Below are positions 25,050 to 33,830 of a stretch of DNA of 40,579 nt, piece after piece. Source of the DNA: a virus (Duplodnaviria > Caudoviricetes). The stretch is taken from positions 1 through 40,579 of IMG/VR virus record IMGVR_UViG_3300032125_000009; one strand, written 5' to 3'. Under the pieces are notes generated by a model. That model worked only from the letters and a program-made list of their open reading frames with translations, ran no database searches and was not told where the DNA came from. The position numbers were made by a program, and so were the translations under genes. How positions within the stretch are numbered: the first letter of the stretch is position 1; each line of letters begins with the position of its first letter.

Positions 25050-26702
25050 TTAGAAAATCCAAGTATCATCATAATCGAAGCTTTGAGTATTTATCTCAGG
25101 GAATACTTTCAAACTGGTATGCAGCGCATGAATGAAAGCCATGAACCCATCTGTTTTTCTTTTTATTTCTTCTTTTTTCTCAAAGCGCATATTGCCATCT
25201 TTATCACGTCTCACATAAACGTTATTTGTGTACCAGTTCATCATCGTTGGAGTTCCAAATACTAATGATCGTTGAGCAAATAACGATTCAATCGTAGTTC
25301 CTATAGTTGCCTGCACACCAGGAGAACGACGAATGGTTTCGACATTAAATCCGCCGCGTTCTAAAACAGGCTTCAATGTTGATGCACGATAATTATCAAT
25401 TACAATCGTGTCGAACTCATGATGTTTTCTTTGTTCCAGGAACCAATTCAATACTTGCTCCTCAGTGATGGAATCACCGTCTATTATGGTTAGCAGTCCT
25501 TCTCTTTCCCACTGTTCAATCGGAGCGGGAATGGCTTCGGTTTCTAGGAATTTCTTAAACACAAATGTATGAGATTTCCATATATATTCTTCATTTCGTT
25601 TAAACAATAATCCCATCGCCGTAAAGTCCTTAACGCTTGAAAAGTCGACACTACCAATAGCGGGTAGTCCGTTTAGATCACCATATTCACGATTTGTAGC
25701 TTTCATTTCTTCTTTGCTGGCAACGTTTGAAACCATTTTGACATCCTGGATGTTCATTCGCTTAACTAGCCATTTAGCTTTGTCACCCACGCCGTTTTTC
25801 AATCGATTCCATTGTTTCAAAACTCGATTAAATAATTTTCTAGCATACGGAGACATTGGCTCACAAAACATTGGATTGGCTTTTTCCCAGTTTTCAGGAT
25901 TCTCTACTTCAGAAGTTTCATCCAAGGTACAAATAAATGGGAACATCGCGTCAGTTAATTCATCGCTCATTAAAATAAGTCTTGAGCGTTCTATTAATTG
26001 GTCATAAACACCATCGCGGACAAACCCATTTGTACCAACAAAAAAAGTACGACCATACGGAACTTTTCCAAGTCCACTGGTCTGTACTTCGATAATGTCA
26101 TTTGTCATATACCCATGGACTTCATCAAAAAACAAAGCACCATCGGCGAATGAATCTTTTGTATCTGCATTACTTGTCCGTGTTACTAACACACTGTCTG
26201 TATCTAAACCAATAATTTCTTCTTGAGTCTTTTTGAAGTACCCTTCTTCTTCTAATGCTGAATTTTTCTTTAGCATGGTGTGAACTTCTTTGAATGATTT
26301 TTGCGCTTGATCTAAACTATTCGCGGTAATCGCTACGTTATACTCTGCGACGCCGTGAAGCTCACTAATGAAATAAGCACTTAGTCCAGATATTAATCCA
26401 TTCTTTCCTCCACCACGAGCAAGTGTCCAAAAGAATTCGTCGAATACCACTTCATCAAATTCAAAATCAAATAGAAAAATAAATGCAATTAAAAATTTTT
26501 GAAAGGGTTCAAGTTTGAAAAAATATTTTTCAATGAAAGAAATACAATTTTCAATTTGTTCTTCATCAAAATAGAAATTTTCGTGAGGCAATACTACTCT
26601 TTTTATCCAGTTTAATAAATCTATGCGATCACGATTGAGTTTAATCGCACCTGTTTCATAAAGATCAATATATTCGTCTACATATTTTTGATTAAGCATC
26701 AA
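25050..26702 (-). CDS. terL: Terminase large subunit
   Basis: LEPFQKF, ARGGGKNG (Walker A), FFDEVH (Walker B), WEKANP, VDFSSVKDFT, KTDGFMAFIHA. Confidence 0.96.
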   Translation of the reverse strand: MMLNQKYVDEYIDLYETGAIKLNRDRIDLLNWIKRVVLPHENFYFDEEQIENCISFIEKYFFKLEPFQKFLIAFIFLFDFEFDEVVFDEFFWTLARGGGKNGLISGLSAYFISELHGVAEYNVAITANSLDQAQKSFKEVHTMLKKNSALEEEGYFKKTQEEIIGLDTDSVLVTRTSNADTKDSFADGALFFDEVHGYMTNDIIEVQTSGLGKVPYGRTFFVGTNGFVRDGVYDQLIERSRLILMSDELTDAMFPFICTLDETSEVENPENWEKANPMFCEPMSPYARKLFNRVLKQWNRLKNGVGDKAKWLVKRMNIQDVKMVSNVASKEEMKATNREYGDLNGLPAIGSVDFSSVKDFTAMGLLFKRNEEYIWKSHTFVFKKFLETEAIPAPIEQWEREGLLTIIDGDSITEEQVLNWFLEQRKHHEFDTIVIDNYRASTLKPVLERGGFNVETIRRSPGVQATIGTTIESLFAQRSLVFGTPTMMNWYTNNVYVRRDKDGNMRFEKKEEIKRKTDGFMAFIHALHTSLKVFPEINTQSFDYDDTWIF

Positions 26703-27009
26703 TCAACGGTTTTCTTTCCGGTTTTGAATTTGATTTTGAGGGTGTCTTCTTCATGAGTGAATACTCAATCGTTTTCAATTCCTTCTCAATTTCTCTCATT
26801 TCTTTTAAAGCAAAGTGTGGTTTTGCATACTTTTGATGCTGATTTTCAACCGAATCCACCACACCTTGTTTATTAATCAACGTTTGTAATTTTCTGTGAT
26901 TTTTAGTTAGTTGGATATAGCGATAAACCTTGTTCACATCTAGTAAATTTGATTCATTCACTAACCCCAACATATATTTTTCTAATTGAGAAATTGGAAT
27001 CTGTTTCAC
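26692..27009 (-). CDS. terS: Terminase small subunit (P27-like)
   Basis: KVYRYI.L...I..QGV...VEN..QKY.KPH; directly upstream of terL. GTG 27009 has the better RBS spacing. Confidence 0.85.
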   Translation of the reverse strand: MKQIPISQLEKYMLGLVNESNLLDVNKVYRYIQLTKNHRKLQTLINKQGVVDSVENQHQKYAKPHFALKEMREIEKELKTIEYSLMKKTPSKSNSKPERKPLIDA

Positions 27010-27039
27010 CCATAACACCCCCCTCGCGAATATTTTTTA

Positions 27040-27115
27040 CTCTTTATTTCCAGAGCCGTCTACCATCCCGCTGAAGAAGGAAATAAAAATTCCCAAAACT
27101 TTTGACGGGGGCATC
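27040..27115. other. Putative cos/packaging site region
   Basis: Noncoding gap between HNH and terS containing GC-rich islands (gagccgtctaccatcccgctg; gacgggggc) in an AT-rich context. Confidence 0.5.
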
Positions 27116-27147
27116 TCAGTTAGAAAAAATAATTTTTTAAATTTAAT

Positions 27148-27474
27148 TTACCACCATTCATCATTGAACTTAGCAACTTTTAATCCATGAATGATGTTAT
27201 GGTTCGCATGACTAACGGTGATTAGGTTGCTGTCATCCATTGATAACTCAGGGAAGTATTCAAGTGGTTTGATGTGATGAACGATTAACTTATCAGTTGA
27301 CACTTGACCTATTGACTTAGTCACTTGACATTCATTGTTGTCTCGTTTTAATATCGCCTTGCGTTTGTTCCTCCAAGTTTGGTTCTGATAGAATGCATTA
27401 CGTGCTGCCTTACTTTCATACCTGGTATTACTTGTCTTGAGCTTTGCTTCTCTAATCAAATCATCTAACAACAA
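27148..27474 (-). CDS. Packaging-associated HNH endonuclease
   Basis: FYQ...WRNKR..ILKRDNNECQ...VHHIKPLE...NLITV...HN..H. Start chosen at the TTG after GAGGTG. Confidence 0.88.
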   Translation of the reverse strand: MLLDDLIREAKLKTSNTRYESKAARNAFYQNQTWRNKRKAILKRDNNECQVTKSIGQVSTDKLIVHHIKPLEYFPELSMDDSNLITVSHANHNIIHGLKVAKFNDEWW

Positions 27475-27503
27475 TAAAGAAACACCTCGAATCATTACCA
27501 CAA

Positions 27504-27535
27504 AAAGAGCAGCCACATTTAAGTAGCTGCTCTTT
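27504..27535 (-). promoter_or_regulatory. Hairpin/terminator at the early-late boundary
   Basis: aaagagcagc...gctgctcttt inverted repeat, followed by T's on the - strand. Confidence 0.55.
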
Positions 27536-27586
27536 CGTCGATTTCTTATGTTATTAATATAAACTGTTTAAAGCTAGTTTTGAAGA

Positions 27587-28105
27587 CTATAAGGATGTGT
27601 CTTTAATATTACCCTTAATGACTCGCTTCTTCTTAGATACTACCTTAACAGGTCGTACAAGATGTTCGGCTATCCTATCTTTCAACAGATACTTCTTCAT
27701 TGCTTCTTCATATTCGCCAATGAAGTCTAACCGCCTTTTCAATTCAGCGTGTTTTAATTTGATATGACCATAAGAGTAATTCAATTCTTCAGCAACGGAT
27801 TCAAGAGTCTTACCTTCGACATACTTCTTTTTAAGTATCTGACTTTCAATTCCTTTAAAAGTATTAATCAACACAACTAATGATTCTTGCATTTCAATCT
27901 TATCATTGAGTAATTCTTCTAGCTTATCAATGCTGATTTCTACTTGTGAACCTTTAGAATCTCTTTCAAGAAAAACTCTTGATAGATCTCCATCTTCCCA
28001 CCTACTAAGTTCTAACTTAGTCTTTCGTATATTCCATCTTAAGTAGGCTATCTCTTCGTCTAACTCTTGATAATCTTTCAGCCACTGGAATTTTATGATG
28101 ATCAC
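27587..28105 (-). CDS. ArpU/RinA-like late transcriptional activator
   Basis: FQWLKDYQ.L...ILKKKYVEGKTLESVAEELNYSYGHIK sigma-region-4-like HTH; last early gene before HNH/terS. Confidence 0.82.
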   Translation of the reverse strand: MIIIKFQWLKDYQELDEEIAYLRWNIRKTKLELSRWEDGDLSRVFLERDSKGSQVEISIDKLEELLNDKIEMQESLVVLINTFKGIESQILKKKYVEGKTLESVAEELNYSYGHIKLKHAELKRRLDFIGEYEEAMKKYLLKDRIAEHLVRPVKVVSKKKRVIKGNIKDTSL

Positions 28106-28126
28106 CTACCTCTACTTATTGTTCTG

Positions 28127-28591
28127 TTAAAACGGTAAATCATCATCAGAGATATCGACTGGAGTACCGCTCTTATCAAATGGGTCACTATTGTAATACT
28201 GGTCGCTATTCTGATTGCTAGATTGATTTGAATTGTGTTGTTGAGTATTTGTCTGCTGATAGTCTCCATTTGATTGTACGTTGTTTTTAGAGCCAATAAA
28301 CGTTATGCCATCAACTATGAATTCATCACGATAAACCATCTTGCCGTCTTTTTCGTGATTGTTATTTTGAGGATGTCCTTCGAATGCGATTTGAGAACCT
28401 TTATAGAAATTATCTCTAATGAGTTCTGCAGTTTTGTTGAAAGCTTTGCAGTTGAACCAATCCGTTTCATATTCATTTGTTTGCTTATTTTTGTATTTCC
28501 TTTTAACAGCAATGCTGAAGCTGGCCATTGTTCCAGCTTCATTGATTTGTGGATCTCTTCCTAGTGTTCCAATAATGTTTAATGAATTCAT
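28127..28591 (-). CDS. ssb: Single-stranded DNA-binding protein
   Basis: IIG.LGRDP, TDWFNCKAF.KTAE, KGSQI..EG, acidic tail ISDDDLPF. Confidence 0.96.
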   Translation of the reverse strand: MNSLNIIGTLGRDPQINEAGTMASFSIAVKRKYKNKQTNEYETDWFNCKAFNKTAELIRDNFYKGSQIAFEGHPQNNNHEKDGKMVYRDEFIVDGITFIGSKNNVQSNGDYQQTNTQQHNSNQSSNQNSDQYYNSDPFDKSGTPVDISDDDLPF

Positions 28592-28917
28592 TTACCAAAC
28601 CATCCTTTCACCTTAGCTTTTGCTTTCTGCCATTTGCTAGGTTCATAAAATATTGGTTCTTCAGGACCTTCAGAAAAATCAGCTTTGCTAAAAAAATCAA
28701 TTTCTGCAGTGCTCAACTTATTAGTATTTAATCTCATAAAATCAATTTGTGGTTCTGATTCAACTTCTAGTTCTTCAATAATGTCGTTAACTACTTTTTT
28801 AAGTGGTTTCCAAAAGAACTTGATGAAATACTTTCTTTCAAAATAAGTTAGTGATTGTTCAGCTCCAACTTTATTTATAATACGTTTGACCACTTTTCTT
28901 TTTATCCGCTTTTTCAT
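28588..28917 (-). CDS. Hypothetical early protein
   Basis: 109 aa, coupled overlaps on both sides. Confidence 0.65.
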   Translation of the reverse strand: MKKRIKRKVVKRIINKVGAEQSLTYFERKYFIKFFWKPLKKVVNDIIEELEVESEPQIDFMRLNTNKLSTAEIDFFSKADFSEGPEEPIFYEPSKWQKAKAKVKGWFGK

Positions 28918-29246
28918 TCCGCATCCCTCACTCTTTCAAGTAATTTAATTTGATAATATACGTCCGTTTCTTCTTCAGTATTAAATAATCTAATAGCATC
29001 TGCTTTACTTCTGTAAAGACTAGCGATTGCTAAATCAATATTTTTCCGAACATCTAAGCCATGTTGAGCAATTGAATTAACTCTCCTACGTTCGCTGATT
29101 GTAATTAAATCTGGACGTTTAACTCTTATTGATTTCATAAAAGCTTTATCATTAGCTAAGTTGCTGTACTTTTCAGGATCTCTTACATCCGTAAATAGTT
29201 CGTTTCGCTCTATCCCAATCCATCGTCTTCTAGTTCTTTCGCTCAT
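28914..29246 (-). CDS. Hypothetical early protein
   Basis: 110 aa from ATG 29246, overlapping the upstream stop. Confidence 0.65.
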   Translation of the reverse strand: MSERTRRRWIGIERNELFTDVRDPEKYSNLANDKAFMKSIRVKRPDLITISERRRVNSIAQHGLDVRKNIDLAIASLYRSKADAIRLFNTEEETDVYYQIKLLERVRDAE

Positions 29247-29449
29247 ACTATCCCTCGAATTCTTTGTTGGATTTTGCCTTTCTCTGCCTGGTCCATAACA
29301 AGTAAAGCAACGTCCAGGATCTTGCAATTCAAGACCCCAGCAATTTGATAGCTGCTTTTATTTTCATTCCACATTTCAACAAACGTCTTAACTTCTTCTT
29401 CATCCCAAATGTACTTAGCATTTTCCAAAATCAAAACTTTTCTTGTCAT
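29243..29449 (-). CDS. Small HTH-like protein
   Basis: WDEEEVKTFVEMWNENKSSYQIAGVL helix-turn-helix-like pattern. Confidence 0.7.
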   Translation of the reverse strand: MTRKVLILENAKYIWDEEEVKTFVEMWNENKSSYQIAGVLNCKILDVALLVMDQAEKGKIQQRIRGIV

Positions 29450-29988
29450 TTTTTATATTCAACCCACGCTGCTGCAAAAGGAGCAAAATACTGTCTAGCT
29501 TTGTCCAGGTCATTTACAATTGCAGTTTCTTTTGTTTCCATTTCTTCAGCAATTTCTTCATAGTTCATACCATCATCTAAATATTCCAGGATGGTTCTTG
29601 GATTCAATTCAACGTTCGTTGGCATAACAAATGAAGAAGCCTCTTTGATAAATTTGTCAACATCATCCATTTCAACAATGAAGTTTTTGATTACTTTGTT
29701 ATCGATACCGTCAATAGAAGTTTGTTCTTCTTTTACTTTGACTACAATTCCATCACCGTTAACCATATATTTGAAATAAGGTGTGTCATTGACTGAATCA
29801 TAAGGGATGCTGTAGCTGACTACTGAAGGTTGAATAACCACGTTCACCGCTTCACCAATTAGTTGATTGATGCTTTCGAACTTACCATCTAGTGATCCAT
29901 TTTCGATTGAAAGAACAATTTCTTGTTTGCCGCCTTTGTTCATTTTTACCGCTTTAATAGTTGGTCTGAATTCTACTGTTTTTGTCAT
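29446..29988 (-). CDS. Conserved-type phage protein with C-terminal HTH-like segment
   Basis: GMNYEEIAEEME; coupled overlaps. Confidence 0.7.
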   Translation of the reverse strand: MTKTVEFRPTIKAVKMNKGGKQEIVLSIENGSLDGKFESINQLIGEAVNVVIQPSVVSYSIPYDSVNDTPYFKYMVNGDGIVVKVKEEQTSIDGIDNKVIKNFIVEMDDVDKFIKEASSFVMPTNVELNPRTILEYLDDGMNYEEIAEEMETKETAIVNDLDKARQYFAPFAAAWVEYKK

Positions 29989-31319
29989 TTTATTTTTCCT
30001 CCAATTTTTTCTAATTTATTTTTGTTTATCAAATGAACCCATTTTTCAGCTGCTTCTTTAACTTCAGGAGTTGCGCTTTCGTTGTGTTTACCCCTTATTT
30101 GAGCAATTTTTTTGTTTTTAAATTCCATGGTATAGAAAGGATCAGTAATAGCTTCTTTTTTTCTGATAAAGACAATAGTAGTTTCACCTTCAGCATGTCC
30201 GTCTATATACTGACTGCCTCCAACGCAATGATGTAAAACTTGTCCTTCTTTAACTAAATCATCTGCAGTTTTCGGAAGAATAAATGAATAATCACCAAAC
30301 GTTGTCTCAACTTTTCCTAATGCTTCAGCACGAGCTTTATATCCTTTTCTAACTACTTCACGTTTCATAGAATTTAATACGCCTACCGCCTTGTCGTGTG
30401 CTTCATCAATGTTTTTTGGAAGTAATGTTGATTTTGTTAAAGGAACTTTTAAATCTACCAGCATAGAAATATAGTCTTCGTAATATCTAAAATAAGCTTC
30501 TTGTTTAATTAAGTAATTTTGAAATTTAACTATACCTATCCCTTTTGGCACAAGATGAAGATCGTTCACTGACAAATACTTTTCAACTCCTAAAATCATT
30601 TTTCCGCCACGTTCTTCAATTGCTTCTTTCAATCTGACGTCTTCTAGCCCTCTAGATGAATTGCTTAGAAACTGCTTGTGTTTCTTTAACCAATTTTTAG
30701 TTATTACTCGCATATCAATATTAGCTCTATGCTCTCCAATATCTATCGCTAGTTTATTAGCTTTTATTCTTTGAGCAAATTCGATTTCTTTTCGATATTT
30801 GTAAATCGTTTTAATGTATTCAGTATCCAAATGCCATAATTCTATATATCTGAGTTCTGATATTTTAGATAGCCTGTCTTCCCATTCGTTAGAGTATAAA
30901 TCGGGCCAGTCATAATTAAACATTCCGGTAGTAGCGACGAATCCGAATTTATAACAAGAATAGTTGTTGCTAACTTTAATGTGTTTATCTTCGCTAAATC
31001 GCTCCAAGTTAACGAGTCGATGATCAAAATGCTGTTTTCCATCTACAAACTCAGATGAAATAATATAGGTCTGTATTTCAATTCTTTTACTTGTAGATAA
31101 AACAATCATGAAAGTTTTCTTTTTATCAAAGAAAGTTAGGTTGGAGTTTTTAGCTAATCTTTTTTTAGTCACATAACAATGTTTTCTCTCGGAAGCAATA
31201 ATTGTTTCGTTCTTGTTAGACCATTCGTAAGTAGGCAGATTGTAATAACACCATTCAAAAAAAGCTTTTGGTGGATTTAATTGATTGTCAAAATAATATT
31301 TAGGTTCTCTATTTTTCAT
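29985..31319 (-). CDS. PcfJ-like protein
   Basis: YEDYISML...PKN..EAHD...LVKEGQVLHHCVGG..Y...IVFIRK...PFYTMEF...QIRGKHN signature. Confidence 0.9.
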   Translation of the reverse strand: MKNREPKYYFDNQLNPPKAFFEWCYYNLPTYEWSNKNETIIASERKHCYVTKKRLAKNSNLTFFDKKKTFMIVLSTSKRIEIQTYIISSEFVDGKQHFDHRLVNLERFSEDKHIKVSNNYSCYKFGFVATTGMFNYDWPDLYSNEWEDRLSKISELRYIELWHLDTEYIKTIYKYRKEIEFAQRIKANKLAIDIGEHRANIDMRVITKNWLKKHKQFLSNSSRGLEDVRLKEAIEERGGKMILGVEKYLSVNDLHLVPKGIGIVKFQNYLIKQEAYFRYYEDYISMLVDLKVPLTKSTLLPKNIDEAHDKAVGVLNSMKREVVRKGYKARAEALGKVETTFGDYSFILPKTADDLVKEGQVLHHCVGGSQYIDGHAEGETTIVFIRKKEAITDPFYTMEFKNKKIAQIRGKHNESATPEVKEAAEKWVHLINKNKLEKIGGKIK

Positions 31320-31720
31320 AGCATATCCAGCAAACTTAATTGTTCCCCTTCTACATTAGATTTTTTGGGTTCCGGTTTATTTTCATTTTTCTTTTTGGGA
31401 GATTTTTTAACTGGAGTAACTTTTGCAGAAACTGTTTTATTTATTTCAGGGGCCTTATCAGAGATAAAATAAGCATTTACCCACGAAAAAACAGTTTGAT
31501 TATCAACCATAGCTGTGTTACCAGATTTTTGTTTATAAGCTTGTGACACACAATACTCCATAGCTCCTTTAACGGATCTTTCTTTTTTTAAAACACCTTC
31601 AAGTAGCTTTTCATCGTCTTGGTCACATAACCAGTTATGAATTACATCTTCAGCGCTGGAGTGTTTCTCGTTCATTTCTTTAAGCATTTTAGTGAGCGCC
31701 AGTTGTTTAATTTCTTCCAT
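31316..31720 (-). CDS. PcfK-like (AcrIIA9-related family) protein
   Basis: KERSVKGAMEYC...A...VDNQTVFSWVNAYF; directly upstream of PcfJ; ends EQLSLLDML. Confidence 0.8.
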   Translation of the reverse strand: MEEIKQLALTKMLKEMNEKHSSAEDVIHNWLCDQDDEKLLEGVLKKERSVKGAMEYCVSQAYKQKSGNTAMVDNQTVFSWVNAYFISDKAPEINKTVSAKVTPVKKSPKKKNENKPEPKKSNVEGEQLSLLDML

Positions 31721-31737
31721 TATCTAAACCACCTTTC

Positions 31738-32175
31738 TTAAAACAAAGATTCTTGTATTTCTCCTAAAGTCCTAACAGTGATTTCAATCCTCGGTCTACT
31801 CGAGTAAAACTTCCTAGCAATCAAATCAACTATCTGGCCATCATCTTTCCAAATGATTCCTTTCATTGCATCTAATGGACCTTTTGCATAATTATCCGCA
31901 TCTGGTTTTGTTATCGGTCTTAGTTGACCAAGTTCAGCAAGTTCCATATTCTTTCTGCTAAATGATTTGAGACACTCTTTAAAGATAAGTATTTCAACCT
32001 CTAACTCGCCCTTTAACAATTGCTTAGGCTTATGTTGCATGGCGTGATAAGCAACTATCTTCTTATAATCCACGCTCTTCTTAGGATCGTATGCTCTTGC
32101 GTGACCACCAATAGTAGTGAATTTAGGCCTACCTTGCGCTACTGGTTGTCCAGGTACAGTAAATTTGATTTTCAA
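31738..32175 (-). CDS. rusA: RusA Holliday junction resolvase
   Basis: PVAQGRPKF, KPDADNYAK..LDAMKGIIWKDDGQIV, KFYS..PRIEI. Confidence 0.95.
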   Translation of the reverse strand: MKIKFTVPGQPVAQGRPKFTTIGGHARAYDPKKSVDYKKIVAYHAMQHKPKQLLKGELEVEILIFKECLKSFSRKNMELAELGQLRPITKPDADNYAKGPLDAMKGIIWKDDGQIVDLIARKFYSSRPRIEITVRTLGEIQESLF

Positions 32176-32180
32176 TGTGC

Positions 32181-33113
32181 TTAATCCTTTCCAAATGATT
32201 GTATTTTTTCAAGTCGTTCCATGAATTCAGCTTTTTCCTCTTCACTCATTGGCGTTTCTGTTGTATCAGGATTCAATATATTTTCTGGAATTGTTTCTTT
32301 TCTAGTAGGAGGTTTACTATATTGTTTTTTATTATTAGGCTTACTATCGTTCAATGCTTGAATTCGCATCTGATCATATTTATCTCTAAGCTTTTTGCCC
32401 GATAATATAATTCCACTCCAGAAATCATGTGATTGACACCAATGAATCATGTTGGTGACTTGTTCTGGTTTTCTACCATCTAACTCAATCATCTTTCTAA
32501 TATCATCCGACCACGTTTGTAAATTAGGTGGTCTTGCTTCTGAATTATTGTTTTGTATTTCTTTAAAAAGAGATGATGCTAATTGATAATGAATGGAATT
32601 CTCGTCGTAGGTCCGCTTTGCGGATTGTCGACTATTATCTTTATTCTTACCATTCTTAACCTTCTTCTCTTTCTTTACATACTTCTTATTGTTCTCTCGC
32701 TGTTCTTTTGGTGTTTCGTTGGTGTTCTCTTGCCGTTCCAACGCTGTACCATGTTCTTTTTTATAGTTGTCTAAAACCTGATACCTATCGTAATTAACGA
32801 CTGTAAAGAGTGTTCCAAGTTCGGTCTCTTCGATTTTCAGTCGCTCTTCCTCGACTAATTTTGAAATTTTTCGTTTTAAAGTAGACAAAGAGTATTTTTT
32901 AACTGTTCTGTTCTCTAAATATTCAAGATCCCTTTGTAAATTTCGGTAACTTCTGAGGTATTGACCTCTCTTGATATGAACAGAACTTTTTCTTACACCC
33001 TCCTCTTTGAAAACAGCATTACCAAGAATAAACAGGAATATTCTAAACTTTTGAACATCATCCCATATACTGTTTTCGAATATATCTCTGCTTACTATGA
33101 ATGCTCCTTTCAT
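32181..33113 (-). CDS. Replication initiator (replisome organiser)
   Basis: N-terminal SRDIFENSIW...IKRGQ...TLFTVVNYDRYQ; C-terminal W..DIRKMIELDGR...FWSGIILSGKKLRDKYDQM; internal iterons. Confidence 0.88.
   Translation of the reverse strand: MKGAFIVSRDIFENSIWDDVQKFRIFLFILGNAVFKEEGVRKSSVHIKRGQYLRSYRNLQRDLEYLENRTVKKYSLSTLKRKISKLVEEERLKIEETELGTLFTVVNYDRYQVLDNYKKEHGTALERQENTNETPKEQRENNKKYVKKEKKVKNGKNKDNSRQSAKRTYDENSIHYQLASSLFKEIQNNNSEARPPNLQTWSDDIRKMIELDGRKPEQVTNMIHWCQSHDFWSGIILSGKKLRDKYDQMRIQALNDSKPNNKKQYSKPPTRKETIPENILNPDTTETPMSEEEKAEFMERLEKIQSFGKD
32641..32760. repeat. Putative ori: five degenerate 11-bp tandem iterons plus an AT-rich tract
   Basis: tgttctctcgc/tgttcttttgg/tgtttcgttgg/tgttctcttgc/cgttccaacgc at 32690..32744, inside the initiator linker. 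Confidence 0.7.
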
Positions 33114-33125
33114 ATAATCACCTTC

Positions 33126-33830
33126 CTATGCAATGAATACCGGAACACCAGTTAACTCCTGCACTTCTCTTTTAAATAATTCTTCATCACTATTTGAATC
33201 TGATAAGTGGAGCAACCATACTTCTTGCAGTTGATCACTCGCATTTACTTTTATAAATTCTTTTGAGTTATCAAATTCAAAGTGACTTGTTAAAATTCGA
33301 TTCTTTAAAAATGGCTCTATTTCAAGAGCTGCTGCTTTTTCTCGAATGATTTCCATTGAGTAATTTGCTTCAATCATCATGTGAGTAATTCCTTTGAATT
33401 TGTATTTCACGTAATAGGTATCAGTTACGAACAATAGTTGTTCGCCTAATTTGTTCTTAAAAAGAAATCCAGTAGGTTCTGCAGCATCATGATTCACATC
33501 AAATGAAGTGACTGACCAGGAACCAATTTGTACGCTTTTGCCTATTTCAAGTACTGTTGCTCGATGATTCGGTACGTTTAATGCCTTTAAAGTTCCTTTT
33601 GAAGCGAAAAGTTCAATTGAAGTGGTAGCTAATACTTTCTTGATTTCTTTTGAATGATCGCCATGCTCATGACTAATACACATTCCGGCCACTCTTCTAA
33701 AATCAAACATCATTTTTTGTTTAACCAGTTCTAATTTGATACCACATTCAATTAATATCTGAGAAATGCCATCATCAATTAGATAAGCATTCCCAGCACT
33801 TCCACTACCAAAAGATTTTATGTTAATCAA
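33126..33830 (-). CDS. MBL-fold metallo-hydrolase (YycJ/WalJ-like, probable nuclease)
   Basis: GSGSAGNAY, ISHEHGDHS, HDAAEP, VTDT, EANY, LLHLSDSN. Confidence 0.9.
   Translation of the reverse strand: MINIKSFGSGSAGNAYLIDDGISQILIECGIKLELVKQKMMFDFRRVAGMCISHEHGDHSKEIKKVLATTSIELFASKGTLKALNVPNHRATVLEIGKSVQIGSWSVTSFDVNHDAAEPTGFLFKNKLGEQLLFVTDTYYVKYKFKGITHMMIEANYSMEIIREKAAALEIEPFLKNRILTSHFEFDNSKEFIKVNASDQLQEVWLLHLSDSNSDEELFKREVQELTGVPVFIA

Noticed and set aside
32690-32744. CRISPR mini-array
   Set aside because: Units are 11 bp, degenerate, without spacers and inside a coding region; they fit iterons.
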